Origin: a bacterium | GTDB lineage: Bacteria; UBA8248; JACPRG01; G963555815 | Direction of reading: 5' to 3' | Length of the DNA: 64,000 nt | Assembly (NCBI GenBank): GCA_965218795.1 | Contig: OZ244653.1 | Location: 160,001-224,000 of the forward strand | Part shown: piece after piece, positions 32,882 through 42,594 of the stretch | Position numbering within the stretch: position 1 is the stretch's first letter | Layout of the letters: each line of letters begins with the position of its first letter | Made by a program: the position numbers and the translations under genes | Notes under the pieces: generated by a model | Database searches by the model: none | What the model was told of the DNA's origin: nothing | Seen by the model: only the letters and a program-made list of their open reading frames with translations

Positions 32882-33814
32882 CTAACCAGGGCCGTTGCTT
32901 ACACAATTTACCTCTCTGATTTTTCCTTCGTGTAGCAGCACAAATGCCGGCTCAGCGGAATACACATGACGTTCGGCGCTCCGTGCTACTCTTTCGTTCA
33001 TGAAAGCTACAAGGCGTGGTTCCAGTTTGACGATATGGGGCAGCGGATCCTCGAATACCCCGTAAAACCCAGCTCGCCGGCCAAGCGGAAAGAACACTTC
33101 CGTTTCCCTTAGTGCAAAACCGATCGGTTCTAGCCTTCGATCTTTCCACGTCAGCGCGACGGGACGGTCAGAACATATGAGATCTGGCCCCCCTGTCGGA
33201 GCAAGGAACAGGGACCAGTTTCTTTCGCCAAGAAGCGGAAGCGCCTTGTCGATTGCTTGAAACTCAACTGCGAGGTTGCCGTCGGTAGGAAATTCGATTT
33301 GATACTGTCCTTCTTTCACGAAGCGCCTCATCTCTTCGAACGAAATCTTGTCATCAGTTTCAGGATCATATCCGGCTGCGCGCATGTGTTGGTCCCATAT
33401 CCGTTTGTCTGAAACAAGAAGGTCGGCAATGGAACGAAGTACTTGTTCTCTGGCTCGATTGAAAGAACCGCGCAAGGACGGATGCCGAACAGCGAACAGG
33501 CAAAGAAAATTTAGAATGGGGTTGTAATCCTTGTCCTTCGGGAAAGTTTCGCTTTCGAGAACGTTAGCGATTGCTTGTACCGCTTGCTGTTCAAATGGCG
33601 CTAGGGCCTGCTCGATGGCGTCGGGGGCTACACCCTCGACGTTGACGCGGTTAAAGTCGCGCTCGACAGCAACGTTTTTTGGCGATGTCTGAAAAGAACG
33701 ACCGCTCTCGACTTCCATAACGTAGAATTGGCCATCCTTTTTTCCTGACGTGGTGAATCCAGCCAGATACGAGGCCGACAAATAGTGGTTACGGCGAGCG
33801 CTATGATTTGCCAT
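32882..33814 (-). CDS. DUF4238 domain-containing protein
   Basis: RNHYLSASYLAGF N-terminus, LICSDRPV and FFPLG motifs. Confidence 0.8.
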   Translation of the reverse strand: MANHSARRNHYLSASYLAGFTTSGKKDGQFYVMEVESGRSFQTSPKNVAVERDFNRVNVEGVAPDAIEQALAPFEQQAVQAIANVLESETFPKDKDYNPILNFLCLFAVRHPSLRGSFNRAREQVLRSIADLLVSDKRIWDQHMRAAGYDPETDDKISFEEMRRFVKEGQYQIEFPTDGNLAVEFQAIDKALPLLGERNWSLFLAPTGGPDLICSDRPVALTWKDRRLEPIGFALRETEVFFPLGRRAGFYGVFEDPLPHIVKLEPRLVAFMNERVARSAERHVYSAEPAFVLLHEGKIREVNCVSNGPG

Positions 33815-34245
33815 CTGATCCGCATATGGAAAATGGGTCTCGGTTGCCCAAATAATTTATAGTCATTTGCTGTACAAGCCTTACGTTACCTTCACCACAA
33901 GCCGCCTGTTGATGTACTACCGCAGTATATAAGTATCTACCACCGCATTCGTCCAACTTCCCGATACGGCGTTTGCGTCCTTGGTAACCTTCGTGCCCGT
34001 CGCACCCATCGTCGGCACCACCGCCCAGGAACTACCGCCCGCTCCCGCGAACCGGACCCCCGAGCCTGGCACGCGCCCCGTCCGATCACAGACGATGCGC
34101 CAAGCCGCATCCGTGGCCATCGACAATCACCGACATTCGCCGACTGTCGGGTGAGTCCGGTTGTCAACCGATCTTGTTGCACATATGTTCCCGTCATGGA
34201 ACCGCGCCGAACGCAAGAACGCTCGACCGCCAGACCAGAGCCCCG

Positions 34246-34629
34246 ATGGTAGCCTCGATCGGCAAGATCGCCTCGCCGTCGCAGGGCGCGAGCTACTATG
34301 AGCAGGACGGCTACTACGCCAAGGACGATCCCGCCCACAGGGAAGCGAGCGCCTGGACGGGCAGGGGCGTCGACGCGCTCGGGCTGTCGGGTCCGGTGGA
34401 TCCCGACGCGTTCAAGGCAATCCTCGAAGGCAAGGTCCCGGAAGGTCGACGGCTCGGGCGCAAGGACCTGGGCGGCAACATCCATCACCGCCCGGGCCGC
34501 GACGTCACCCTGTCGGCCCCGAAGTCGGTCTCGCTGCTGGCGCCGGCGGGCGGCGACGAGCGGATCGTTGAGGCCCACGACAGGGCCGTGGGGCGCACCC
34601 TTTCCTGGATCGAGAAGAACGCCATATAG
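34246..34629 (+). pseudogene. MOBF (TrwC/TraI) relaxase N-terminal fragment
   Basis: SYYEQDGYY, WTGRG, RPGRDVTLSAPKSVS and AHDRAV motifs. Ends before the HUH motif. Confidence 0.88.
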
Positions 34630-35169
34630 CAGCAGCGCTGTCCCAGCGCCCTGTTCAGCGCCCCAAACGCCCGAACGGTGCGCAGGAGATGGGCCGTCGC
34701 CCAGCCCGCCACCTGGCGGCGCGACGGCCGGTTTCGAATCATCCTTCGTTCTCCGCCGCCACACCCCATTCCCTCTTCACCGCATCCATACCGGATGCCC
34801 AGTAGCGGTCTATGACTGAACGAAGACCCATGGCTGAAACCCGGCCGCCTGAGGCCGGGGACAGGCGAACGTCGACCGTGTAACGGCCGGCCCGCCGTCG
34901 GTCACTGGATCCAACTGAAGGTCTCTCAAGGCCAAGCTCCAACGCGCACCGAACCCCTTCAACAAACCCGGTCCATAGCACCGGGCCGGACCTCCATCCG
35001 CCCGTTCGGCACATACGGATGGCCGGTCGGGCGCCCGCCAGATTGTTTCCTTGAGACGCGCCTTGCACCGCGAAGAGGCCGAGCCGGGCCGGGAAGGGTC
35101 CGGCGGACGGATGTCCCGGGAGAGGGCATCGCCGCCTCTCTCAATCACCCACCCGAAGGAGACGGCGCC

Positions 35170-35460
35170 ATGAGCACGGTCCAGACCCATCCCGGCAACG
35201 CAAGCACCTTCCTCACCCACCTGTTCGGCCAAGGTCTCGATGACGACCGCTACGTGGTCGAGCGCTTCCGGTCCATGGCCGACGGCGACATCCGGCCCCT
35301 GTCCAACGGGGTATCGGGGACCAACGTGTCCCGGCAGGCTGTCCGGAAGATGCGGCCCGCGCGGGACGAGATCATCGTTGCAACCGGAATCAACCTCCGG
35401 AACTCCGGGGTCCAGTACTGGGGCGAATCTGTCGTATGGCGAAACATGTTGCAGCGATGA
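35170..35460 (+). CDS. Hypothetical protein
   Basis: AAGGAG ribosome-binding site, ATG start, host-like codon usage. Confidence 0.55.
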   Translation: MSTVQTHPGNASTFLTHLFGQGLDDDRYVVERFRSMADGDIRPLSNGVSGTNVSRQAVRKMRPARDEIIVATGINLRNSGVQYWGESVVWRNMLQR

Positions 35461-35529
35461 TCGACGTTCTCAGGGGACTTCCTGCCGGCCCGTCGCCGGC
35501 CGGTCGTCCTTCGTCCCGATCCCAACCGC

Positions 35530-36357
35530 ATGGAGGACATGCCGGTGCCCTACAGGGACCCAGGTAAGGCCCGCGAGCAAGACCGGGAACGCTACCGCCG
35601 GCTCACCAAGGAGCGCCTCGCCAGCGGTATGTGCCCCAAGTGCGGAAGAGAGTCCCTTCCTCCCGGCCGCAGCCTGTGCCATCCCTGCGGCGAGAAGAAG
35701 CGCAAGGCCGAACGCGCCCGGTACGCCAGGGCCAAGGACGAAGGCAGGCTCTACGGCGGCCGGGACCCCAAGGCTCGCCGGAGGATCGGCCGGGAGAGAA
35801 GCAGGAAGCGCCACAGGGCACATCGAGACGCTGGGCTGTGCACGCGATGCGGGAACCGTCCTCCCGTCCGGGGCGGTACGACCTGCCAGGCTTGCCGTGA
35901 CGCCCGGCAGGCGGCCGAACGGGAGCAGTATGCCGCCCGGCGGGCCGCGGGCCGGTGCGGCAGGTGCGGAAGACCTTCTTTTGAAGGCGCCTCGCGCTGT
36001 GGTCCCTGCGCTACTCTCGAGGCCGGGCGCAACCCAAAAAAGAACGCGGCTGGCCGAAGGCGCTACGCCCGCAGGCGGGAGAGGTGGCGTTGCACCGACT
36101 GCGGCCAGCCATCGCAGGGAGCGGCTCGGTGCGTATCGTGCGCGCACCGGTCCTGGGTGCGCTCGGGCCAACATCGGGGCCTTCCGATCCTTCCGCCGCG
36201 CTACACTGTGATCGAGACCGCCACGGGCGAGGGCCACGGGACCTGGGACAGCTGGGAGGAGGTGGCCATGTGCCTGGCCTTCGCCAGGCTGTCCCACGAT
36301 CAGGTGGAGATTATCAGCGATACCTCGTTGATGGCGACCTTCACGGGGCAGTCATAG
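35530..36357 (+). CDS. Arg-rich protein with four CxxC-x(n)-CxxC zinc ribbons
   Basis: CPKC..CHPC, CTRC..CQAC, CGRC..CGPC and CTDC..CVSC. Confidence 0.75.
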   Translation: MEDMPVPYRDPGKAREQDRERYRRLTKERLASGMCPKCGRESLPPGRSLCHPCGEKKRKAERARYARAKDEGRLYGGRDPKARRRIGRERSRKRHRAHRDAGLCTRCGNRPPVRGGTTCQACRDARQAAEREQYAARRAAGRCGRCGRPSFEGASRCGPCATLEAGRNPKKNAAGRRRYARRRERWRCTDCGQPSQGAARCVSCAHRSWVRSGQHRGLPILPPRYTVIETATGEGHGTWDSWEEVAMCLAFARLSHDQVEIISDTSLMATFTGQS

Positions 36358-36860
36358 GCGTTCGGGGGCGGCCCCACGAACAGGCCCTTATCCGTATCGC
36401 CGACCCGCCGTCCGCTAGTGGGAGGGAGCGGACTTCCCGCGGCTGGCCGGGGGGGGGCCGTCGCCCACGCCTCCTGGCGAATTGCCGACCCCTCGCGCGA
36501 AACCCACACATGACCGCGCACACCCTGCCGGAGAGCCCCGACTACGCCCTCTGTCCTTCTTACGACCTCGAGAACGCGCCCCGGGAGATCCGGCTCCTCA
36601 TCGACGGCCGGGAGACATGAAGACACCGCATCGCCCCGGTCCCGCGCTCCCGCCCCGCTTGTCCGTTCATGAACGACCGCAACGGCGTGGTCCGCGAGCG
36701 GCTGCCGGCGTCCGTCTCGCCCTCTGAGCCCCCAGGGTTCCGTCTCCGTCCTTCGTGCCAGAGGGAAGCAAGAGCCGGGCGAACGCCCGGCATGGGAGAG
36801 GGAGAACCGTCTCCCGGTCCCGATGCCGGAAGCGCCAACCCCGGAACAGGAGACCAGCCC

Positions 36861-36986
36861 ATGCTCGACACAGACCTCGAACTCGATGTCATCACCACTG
36901 ACGAACTGCTCGCCGAGATCGGACTCGATGCCCACACCATCCGCAGGATCCGGACAGAAGCCGGAGAAGAAGAGGCGCTCTTCTAG
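36861..36986 (+). CDS. Small acidic hypothetical protein (41 aa)
   Basis: AGGAG ribosome-binding site; MLDTDLELDVITTDELLAEIGLD...EEEALF. Confidence 0.55.
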   Translation: MLDTDLELDVITTDELLAEIGLDAHTIRRIRTEAGEEEALF

Positions 36987-37072
36987 GGTGAACCAAGGGG
37001 GCCGGAGAGAGAGGCTCTCCCCCCTCCCATCACCCGTTGTCTTCCACACCCTCACATAGAAGGAGAATAATC

Positions 37073-37498
37073 ATGAGCTTCGGACTCAATCGCGCTGAAG
37101 TGATCGGACGCCTGGGATCCGACGTGACCGTCAACCACCTCGCCTCCGGCGGACGCGTGGCCAACCTGTCCATCGCCACCGACGAGGGCTACATCGACAA
37201 GCAGACCGGAGACCGGGTCGACAAGACCGAGTGGCACCGGGTGGTGACCTTCCAGCCCGGGCTGGTGGACATGTTCGAGAAGCACGCGACGAAGGGCCGG
37301 CTGGTCTATGTGGCGGGCAAGCTGCAGACCCGTCGCTGGAAGAAGGACGACGAGGACTCCGACCGGTTCTCGACGGAGATCCTGCTGGTTCCGGGCGGGC
37401 GCGTGCAGTTCCTCGACAAGCCCAACGGCAACGGCGCGCCGGTCGCGGGGGCGGGGACGCCGTCCGCCGAAGCGCCCATGGACGACATCCCGTTCTGA
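37073..37498 (+). CDS. ssb: Single-stranded DNA-binding protein
   Basis: LNRAEVIGRLG, TEWHRVV, GKLQTR and C-terminal DDIPF. AAGGAG ribosome-binding site. Confidence 0.95.
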   Translation: MSFGLNRAEVIGRLGSDVTVNHLASGGRVANLSIATDEGYIDKQTGDRVDKTEWHRVVTFQPGLVDMFEKHATKGRLVYVAGKLQTRRWKKDDEDSDRFSTEILLVPGGRVQFLDKPNGNGAPVAGAGTPSAEAPMDDIPF

Positions 37499-37692
37499 GC
37501 GCGCATTCCGTTTCCTCTCTCCACCCGGGCCGGCGCTTCGCGCGTCGGCCCATCTTTTTGCTGCCCGTTCCGAGTCCGTACCCGTTCGGGCATCGCGTCG
37601 GCGCTACGCGCGACGCTTCGCCCTCCGGCGCCGGCCGGAGGCAAAGGCCGGCCGGTATCGGGCGTTCCCCGTCCATCCAGAGGAGGCCCGTC

Positions 37693-38569
37693 ATGCCGCC
37701 CCCATCGTCCCGTTCCGCATCTCCCGCCGCCGACATCGCCGCCGCGCTCGGCGCGCGCGCCGAGGCCGTCTGCCGGCGTTACCTGCCCCAGGGCAAAAAG
37801 CAGGGCCGGTACTGGGTCGCCGGCGATCTCGAAGGCGCTCGCTCTTCGTCCGCCTGCACGGTCCCGGGGTCCCCGGGAAGTGGACCGACGCGGCCACCGG
37901 AGAGCACGGGGACCTGCTCGATCTCGTCCGGCATCGCTCGGGCGCGCCGAGGCCCGCGCCTTCCTCGCCCTGCCGGCTCCGCCGGCGTCGGGCGAGAGCT
38001 ACGACGCAACAAAAGCGGCCCGCCGCCTCTGGCGGCGTTGCCGCGCCATCGGCGGCACCCATGCCGAGGCCTATCTCCGCGCCCGCGGACTCGCGCGCTG
38101 CCGGTTCCCGGCATTGCGCTTCCATCCCGAGCTTCGCTATCGCGAAGGCTCTTCCCTGCGCCGTTTTCCGGCGCTGGTCGCCGCCGTGACCGGCGACGAC
38201 GGCGCCATCCACGGCGTGCAGCGCACCTGGCTCGATCCGCGCTTGCCCGCCAAGGCGGACGTCGCGGCCCCGCGCAAGGCGCTCGGCCGCATCCACGGAC
38301 GCGCCGTGCGCTTCGGCAGGCCCGCCGCCTTCGCTCCGCCTGGCGGCGTCGCGCGCCTCGTCATCGCCCGGGACAACGATTCCGAGGGCGAACGGGCCGC
38401 CCAACGCCTCGCCCGGCGCTGCGCGCGGGCGGGCGTCGCCGCCCACGTCATCGTCTCCGAATACGGCGACTTCAACGACGACCTGGTCACTCTCGGACCC
38501 CGGGCTCTGGCCCTTCGGCTCACCGCCCTGTTCCGTACGCCGCATCGGTCCGGACGGATCGCGCGATGA
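37693..38569 (+). pseudogene. Toprim-domain primase-like protein (plasmid/ICE type), frameshifted and internally deleted
   Basis: AEAVCRRYLP, GKWTDAATGEHGDLLDL, AEAYLRARG, GVQRTWLD, IARDND and DFNDDL spread over several frames. Confidence 0.8.
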
Positions 38570-38570
38570 A

Positions 38571-38759
38571 GTGATCGCGCGCTATCGCGCCGATCTCTGG
38601 CGCCGCATTCGCGCCGCCGAGGTCGGGCTCGACGAACTCGCCGCCCTTCACGGCAAGCCGCTGGCCTGCTGGTGCGCGCCGCTGCCCTGCCATGGGCAGG
38701 TCCTCGCCCGCGCCGCGGCATGGGCGGCCTCCGTTCTGGCGGAACGGAGGAGAGAGTGA
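38571..38759 (+). pseudogene. DUF4326 C-terminal fragment
   Basis: LHGKPLACWCAPLPCHGQVL. Confidence 0.7.
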
Positions 38760-39384
38760 AGCTGGAGAGGGGAGCGAACGCCGCGAGGAGGGAGAGAGAG
38801 CCCCCCGGGCATCGGCAACACGGAAGGAGAACCGCACCATGCAATCCGTCACTTTCAAGTGCATCGCCCCGTACGAGTCGAGGGTCCACCACCATGGCAA
38901 TCGCGTCGGCGAGGTTGCGGATACGCGTCCGTTGCGGTGACGGGCCATGCCTTCGGGCCGGGCTCTCCGCTGCAATCTCCGCTTGCCGGGCCGGCGCCCG
39001 AGACCCGGGTCTCAATTCCGGAACCGCCCAGGGGGTCCGCGCCAATCGCTAACAATATCCCTCTCGACGTGATGGCCCATTGTCCCACACGTGCTCGCGG
39101 CGCCAACCCCCAAGGGGTCCTACTCTCCGCTACGCTCCGTTCCGGCCTTGGCTCGCAAGGCTACGGCGCAAAAGCGCCTAGGCGCGCCAAGAAACGCGAC
39201 CGAGGCTCCGCGCTCCCTGCGGTCGCTTGTGCGCCCGCACCACTCGCGCCCCTCGCCGCGCCAGGCCTTGCGGCCGCGGTGACTTTGCTGCGCGCGCGTG
39301 GGCCACTCAACCATCACGTTCGGAGACTCTCTCCGCACAACGAACCATAACGGTTCTCTACACTCAATCCATAAGGAGAGCATC

Positions 39385-40308
39385 ATGAACGATATCGACA
39401 ACATCCAAGCGCAAGCGCAGTCCGTCACCGCCACCGTCTGCGACCAGGCGGCTCTCTTCGGCGCTACCCCGGAGCAAGACGAATTCGACAACCGGGAGCT
39501 CTGGGACCCGGAGAACGCGATCTCCGCCGTCACGGAAGCCTTCCGCATCATGGCACACGGCGTCGCGCCCGACGGAACGCAACTCGCCGACGAGCGCGAG
39601 AGCCTGCTCTGGGGCTTCGTCAACATGCTCGACGCCCAGACCCAGCGCCTCGACCGCGCGGCCGACAGGCTCGTCCCCGAGATGCGCGACCTCCAGCGAG
39701 AGCAGGACGGCTCCGAGATCCGGTCCCGAGAGCTCGAACTCGTCACCGACCGGACCAAGAACCTCACGGACCGGCGGGACGCCTTCGAGCAGCTCAGAGA
39801 TGCAGCGGCCGAAGCCTACCGGGTCGAGACCGGCGATGTCTGGCGGCCCCGGCGCGGGTCCCACACCAGCCAGACCGGCAAGCTCACTTCGGCCATGATC
39901 GATGCCCGCGACTTCCAGCGTGCCCGCAGGGACCGCGAGAACAAGGCCCTCCTGCCCCAGGGAACCCTCGTGGCGGTGGCAGGCGGCAAGCAGGCCACCG
40001 ACGCAGGCGCCATCATCCGCACCCTCGAGAAGCTCAGGGCCAAGTACGACGATGTGGTCCTGGTCCACGGAGGCGGCCCCGGCGTCGAGCGCATCGCGGC
40101 CAAGTGGGCGGATCGCAACGGCGTCCACCAGATCGTCTGCAAGCCCGACTGGGACGCACACGGACGCGCCGCTCCCTTCCGTAGGAACGACGAGCTGCTG
40201 GACCTGTTGCCCAAGGGCGTCATCGCGTTCCCGGGTTCGGGCATCACGGACAATCTGGTGGACAAGGCGCGCAAGCTCGGTATCCCGGTCCAGTGCGTTG
40301 CCGCCTGA
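39385..40308 (+). CDS. DUF2493 (SLOG/YspA-like) protein
   Basis: VAVAGG, LVHGGGPGVERIAAKWA, AAPFRRND and FPGSGIT motifs. AAGGAG ribosome-binding site. Confidence 0.85.
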   Translation: MNDIDNIQAQAQSVTATVCDQAALFGATPEQDEFDNRELWDPENAISAVTEAFRIMAHGVAPDGTQLADERESLLWGFVNMLDAQTQRLDRAADRLVPEMRDLQREQDGSEIRSRELELVTDRTKNLTDRRDAFEQLRDAAAEAYRVETGDVWRPRRGSHTSQTGKLTSAMIDARDFQRARRDRENKALLPQGTLVAVAGGKQATDAGAIIRTLEKLRAKYDDVVLVHGGGPGVERIAAKWADRNGVHQIVCKPDWDAHGRAAPFRRNDELLDLLPKGVIAFPGSGITDNLVDKARKLGIPVQCVAA

Positions 40309-40564
40309 TCCGAACGACCTCGCGGGTCGTGTCGCCACCCGGCGGCGCGGCCCGTTCTTCCTTCCTTCACGTCCCGCTGCACTGTGCACCGCACCGGTGC
40401 GAACCCCACTGCTGACTCCGTCCCGCACTGCTCCATGCACCGTGCTCCGCACGGCCGCCCGCTCAATCGCCGCGGCGGCTCCACCGCGCGTCCCGCGCCC
40501 GCGGAGATCCCCTCTTCGCTCGTTCCTCGCATTTTGGTCTGTCGGACGCCGGTCGGCGCTTTTA

Positions 40565-40590
40565 CTCTCACACCCCACGCACCTGGGGTG
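40565..40590 (-). other. Candidate MOBF oriT nic site
   Basis: The minus strand reads GGTGCGTGGGGTGTGAG. Its TGCGTGGGGTGTG core matches the F-plasmid nic sequence and overlaps a CACCCCA/TGGGGTG inverted repeat. Confidence 0.6.
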
Positions 40591-40975
40591 CCCTGTGCTC
40601 CATGCGCGCGCTTGTCCTGCAGTCCTGTGCGCAATCGACGACTTAAGGTGCCTCCCTGATGCCGGAAAAAGTCCTACCAATATGGTAGCTCATGGATATA
40701 CGGCGCTATGTCTCTGATATCGTTACATTTATCCAAGCGCGCATAGCGCTCGGAGCTTGAGTGAGATCTCGATGGGCATACGCCGACTATCAAAATGGTC
40801 GCGCGCGGGGATGCGCCGGGCTATAATGGCTACCAATCTGGTAGTCCAGCCTCCGGGGCCGTTGGGAAGCTTTTTCAGTCCGGAACGGGTGCGTCAGGCG
40901 CCAAGGAGCAGACTTTTTGTTGTTATTTCGGGACCGGAATGGACTGAAGTCTTCACAAAAGGATCGGCAAAGCTG

Positions 40976-41275
40976 ATGGTTCGGACACTGCAAAAGAACA
41001 TCCGGGTCACGCCCGGGCAATGGGATCGGATCGAAAAGGAGGCGGAGGAGCGAGGGATCTCGGCGAACCGGCTCGTGGTCGAGCTTGCGATGGAGGCCCT
41101 CGACCACAGGGAGTGGCCCCGCACGGAGCGCGAGATCCAGCTCCTGCGGTCGGCGATGTTCGCGGCCCAGGCCATTGTGCGGGACATGGAGAGGGCCGGA
41201 CGAGAGGAGGAGGTCGAGGAAATCAGCAGGAATATCTCCGCTGTCGTGCCGGAATTGCCGGGCAAATCGTCGTAA
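40976..41275 (+). CDS. Putative ribbon-helix-helix relaxosome accessory protein
   Basis: KNIRVTPGQWDRIEKEAEERGISANRLVVE has an RHH pattern. Next to the candidate oriT; TATAAT at 40822. Confidence 0.6.
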   Translation: MVRTLQKNIRVTPGQWDRIEKEAEERGISANRLVVELAMEALDHREWPRTEREIQLLRSAMFAAQAIVRDMERAGREEEVEEISRNISAVVPELPGKSS

Positions 41276-41497
41276 TCGTCTCAGTTTCGGATCAGATCGG
41301 AACCCGTCGTGAACCACAAGTAAATGTTGCTGCCATTTCGCGGCCAATGATCTGCGTAACCAGTGGACCCTTTACGCGAATCCAACCCGCCACTAAAATC
41401 GCGGGCAATGTAGGCATGAAAGAGTTACCACATAGCGCCTACGCTTCACGATGATTGTCCGATTGGCTCAGGAACTGGCTCAAAAGATGAACTCGGC

Positions 41498-42340
41498 ATG
41501 AAGGAACGAACAGCCGTCAGCGTTTTAGATACTGGCGAAGGACCGCTTGCCCCGTCCAAGGCAGTCATGGTGGTAGCCAACAAAGAGCAATCACTACGGC
41601 CTCGTGCCAAGTCGCGAAAATTACAAAGCCAGCTTGCCGATTGTGTTTCTCTTCCCGACCGTGTTCTTTTTCTCGATATCGAGACGACCGGTCTGAGCCA
41701 CTATCATGACGAGATCACCGTCATAGGATGGTCTTTCGGAGGTTGCGCAAAGACGATCGTCAAAGGGCAGGACCCTGGCCTATTGCGTGATGATGCCACT
41801 CGCGCGAAGGCTCTGGTGACTTTCAACGGGATTCGTTTCGACACCAAGTTCATCACGCGGGAATTTCCGGAGATCATTCTTCCGGAATCGCATGTTGACC
41901 TCAGGTATCTTTGCCGCCGGGTTGGTTTGACGGGCGGGCAGAAGTCAATCGAGAACGAACTGGGCATAGGTTTTCGCGATGATTCCACCAACATGGACGG
42001 TGCTGCGGCAGTCATGTTGTGGCATCGGTACCTTCGCGGTGACCCCGATGCGTTGCGAAAACTCATCCACTACAACCGGGTCGACATCGCGGCCATGGGG
42101 ACAATCCTTGACGAGGCCGTCACTCGTCTTAGAACGCAGTTGGATATCCTCATTGAAAACGTGTGTTTTCAAGACTGGTCGGCGCCGCGAGGCTGGCGGA
42201 CATTGCCCAAGGTCTCGTTGCCACCTCGCGAACTGACGGAGCGACGCTAAGAGCATTCTCCGACCTGTTCGGTGCCGTTTCTTTCTCAAGCTTCGTATCG
42301 TCGGAATCGATCTCACGGGCTCCGAGGAGCGAGCCAGCGG
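41498..42340 (+). pseudogene. RNase H-like (YprB-type) exonuclease, probably fused to DUF429; broken
   Basis: FLDIETTG, TFNGIRFD, GGQKSIE and YNRVD motifs. After the stop, another frame reads RIVGIDLTGSEERASG, cut by an IS3 remnant. Confidence 0.7.
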
Positions 42341-42577
42341 AAAGCTTTAATGGAAGGTTAAGAGATGAATCCCTGAAGGAGGACTGGTTCGTTAACCTGT
42401 CCCATACAACTCTTCCAGACCACATTCGCGCCCTCGGCTATCAAACGCCGGCGATCTGGCCGGGCAACACGGGCAGCTTCGCTCAAGCTACGTACGGGCT
42501 CCGCTCAGCTGTCCTTGAGCCTATGATCGAAACCGAAAACTCTCAAACAACATGGCCCTAAAGACGGGGAAATGCTA
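42340..42577 (+). mobile_element. IS3-family 3' remnant
   Basis: ESFNGRLRDE and ALGYQTPA, followed by an IR-like end. Confidence 0.65.
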
Positions 42578-42594
42578 ACCGACGGGGAGAGCGG

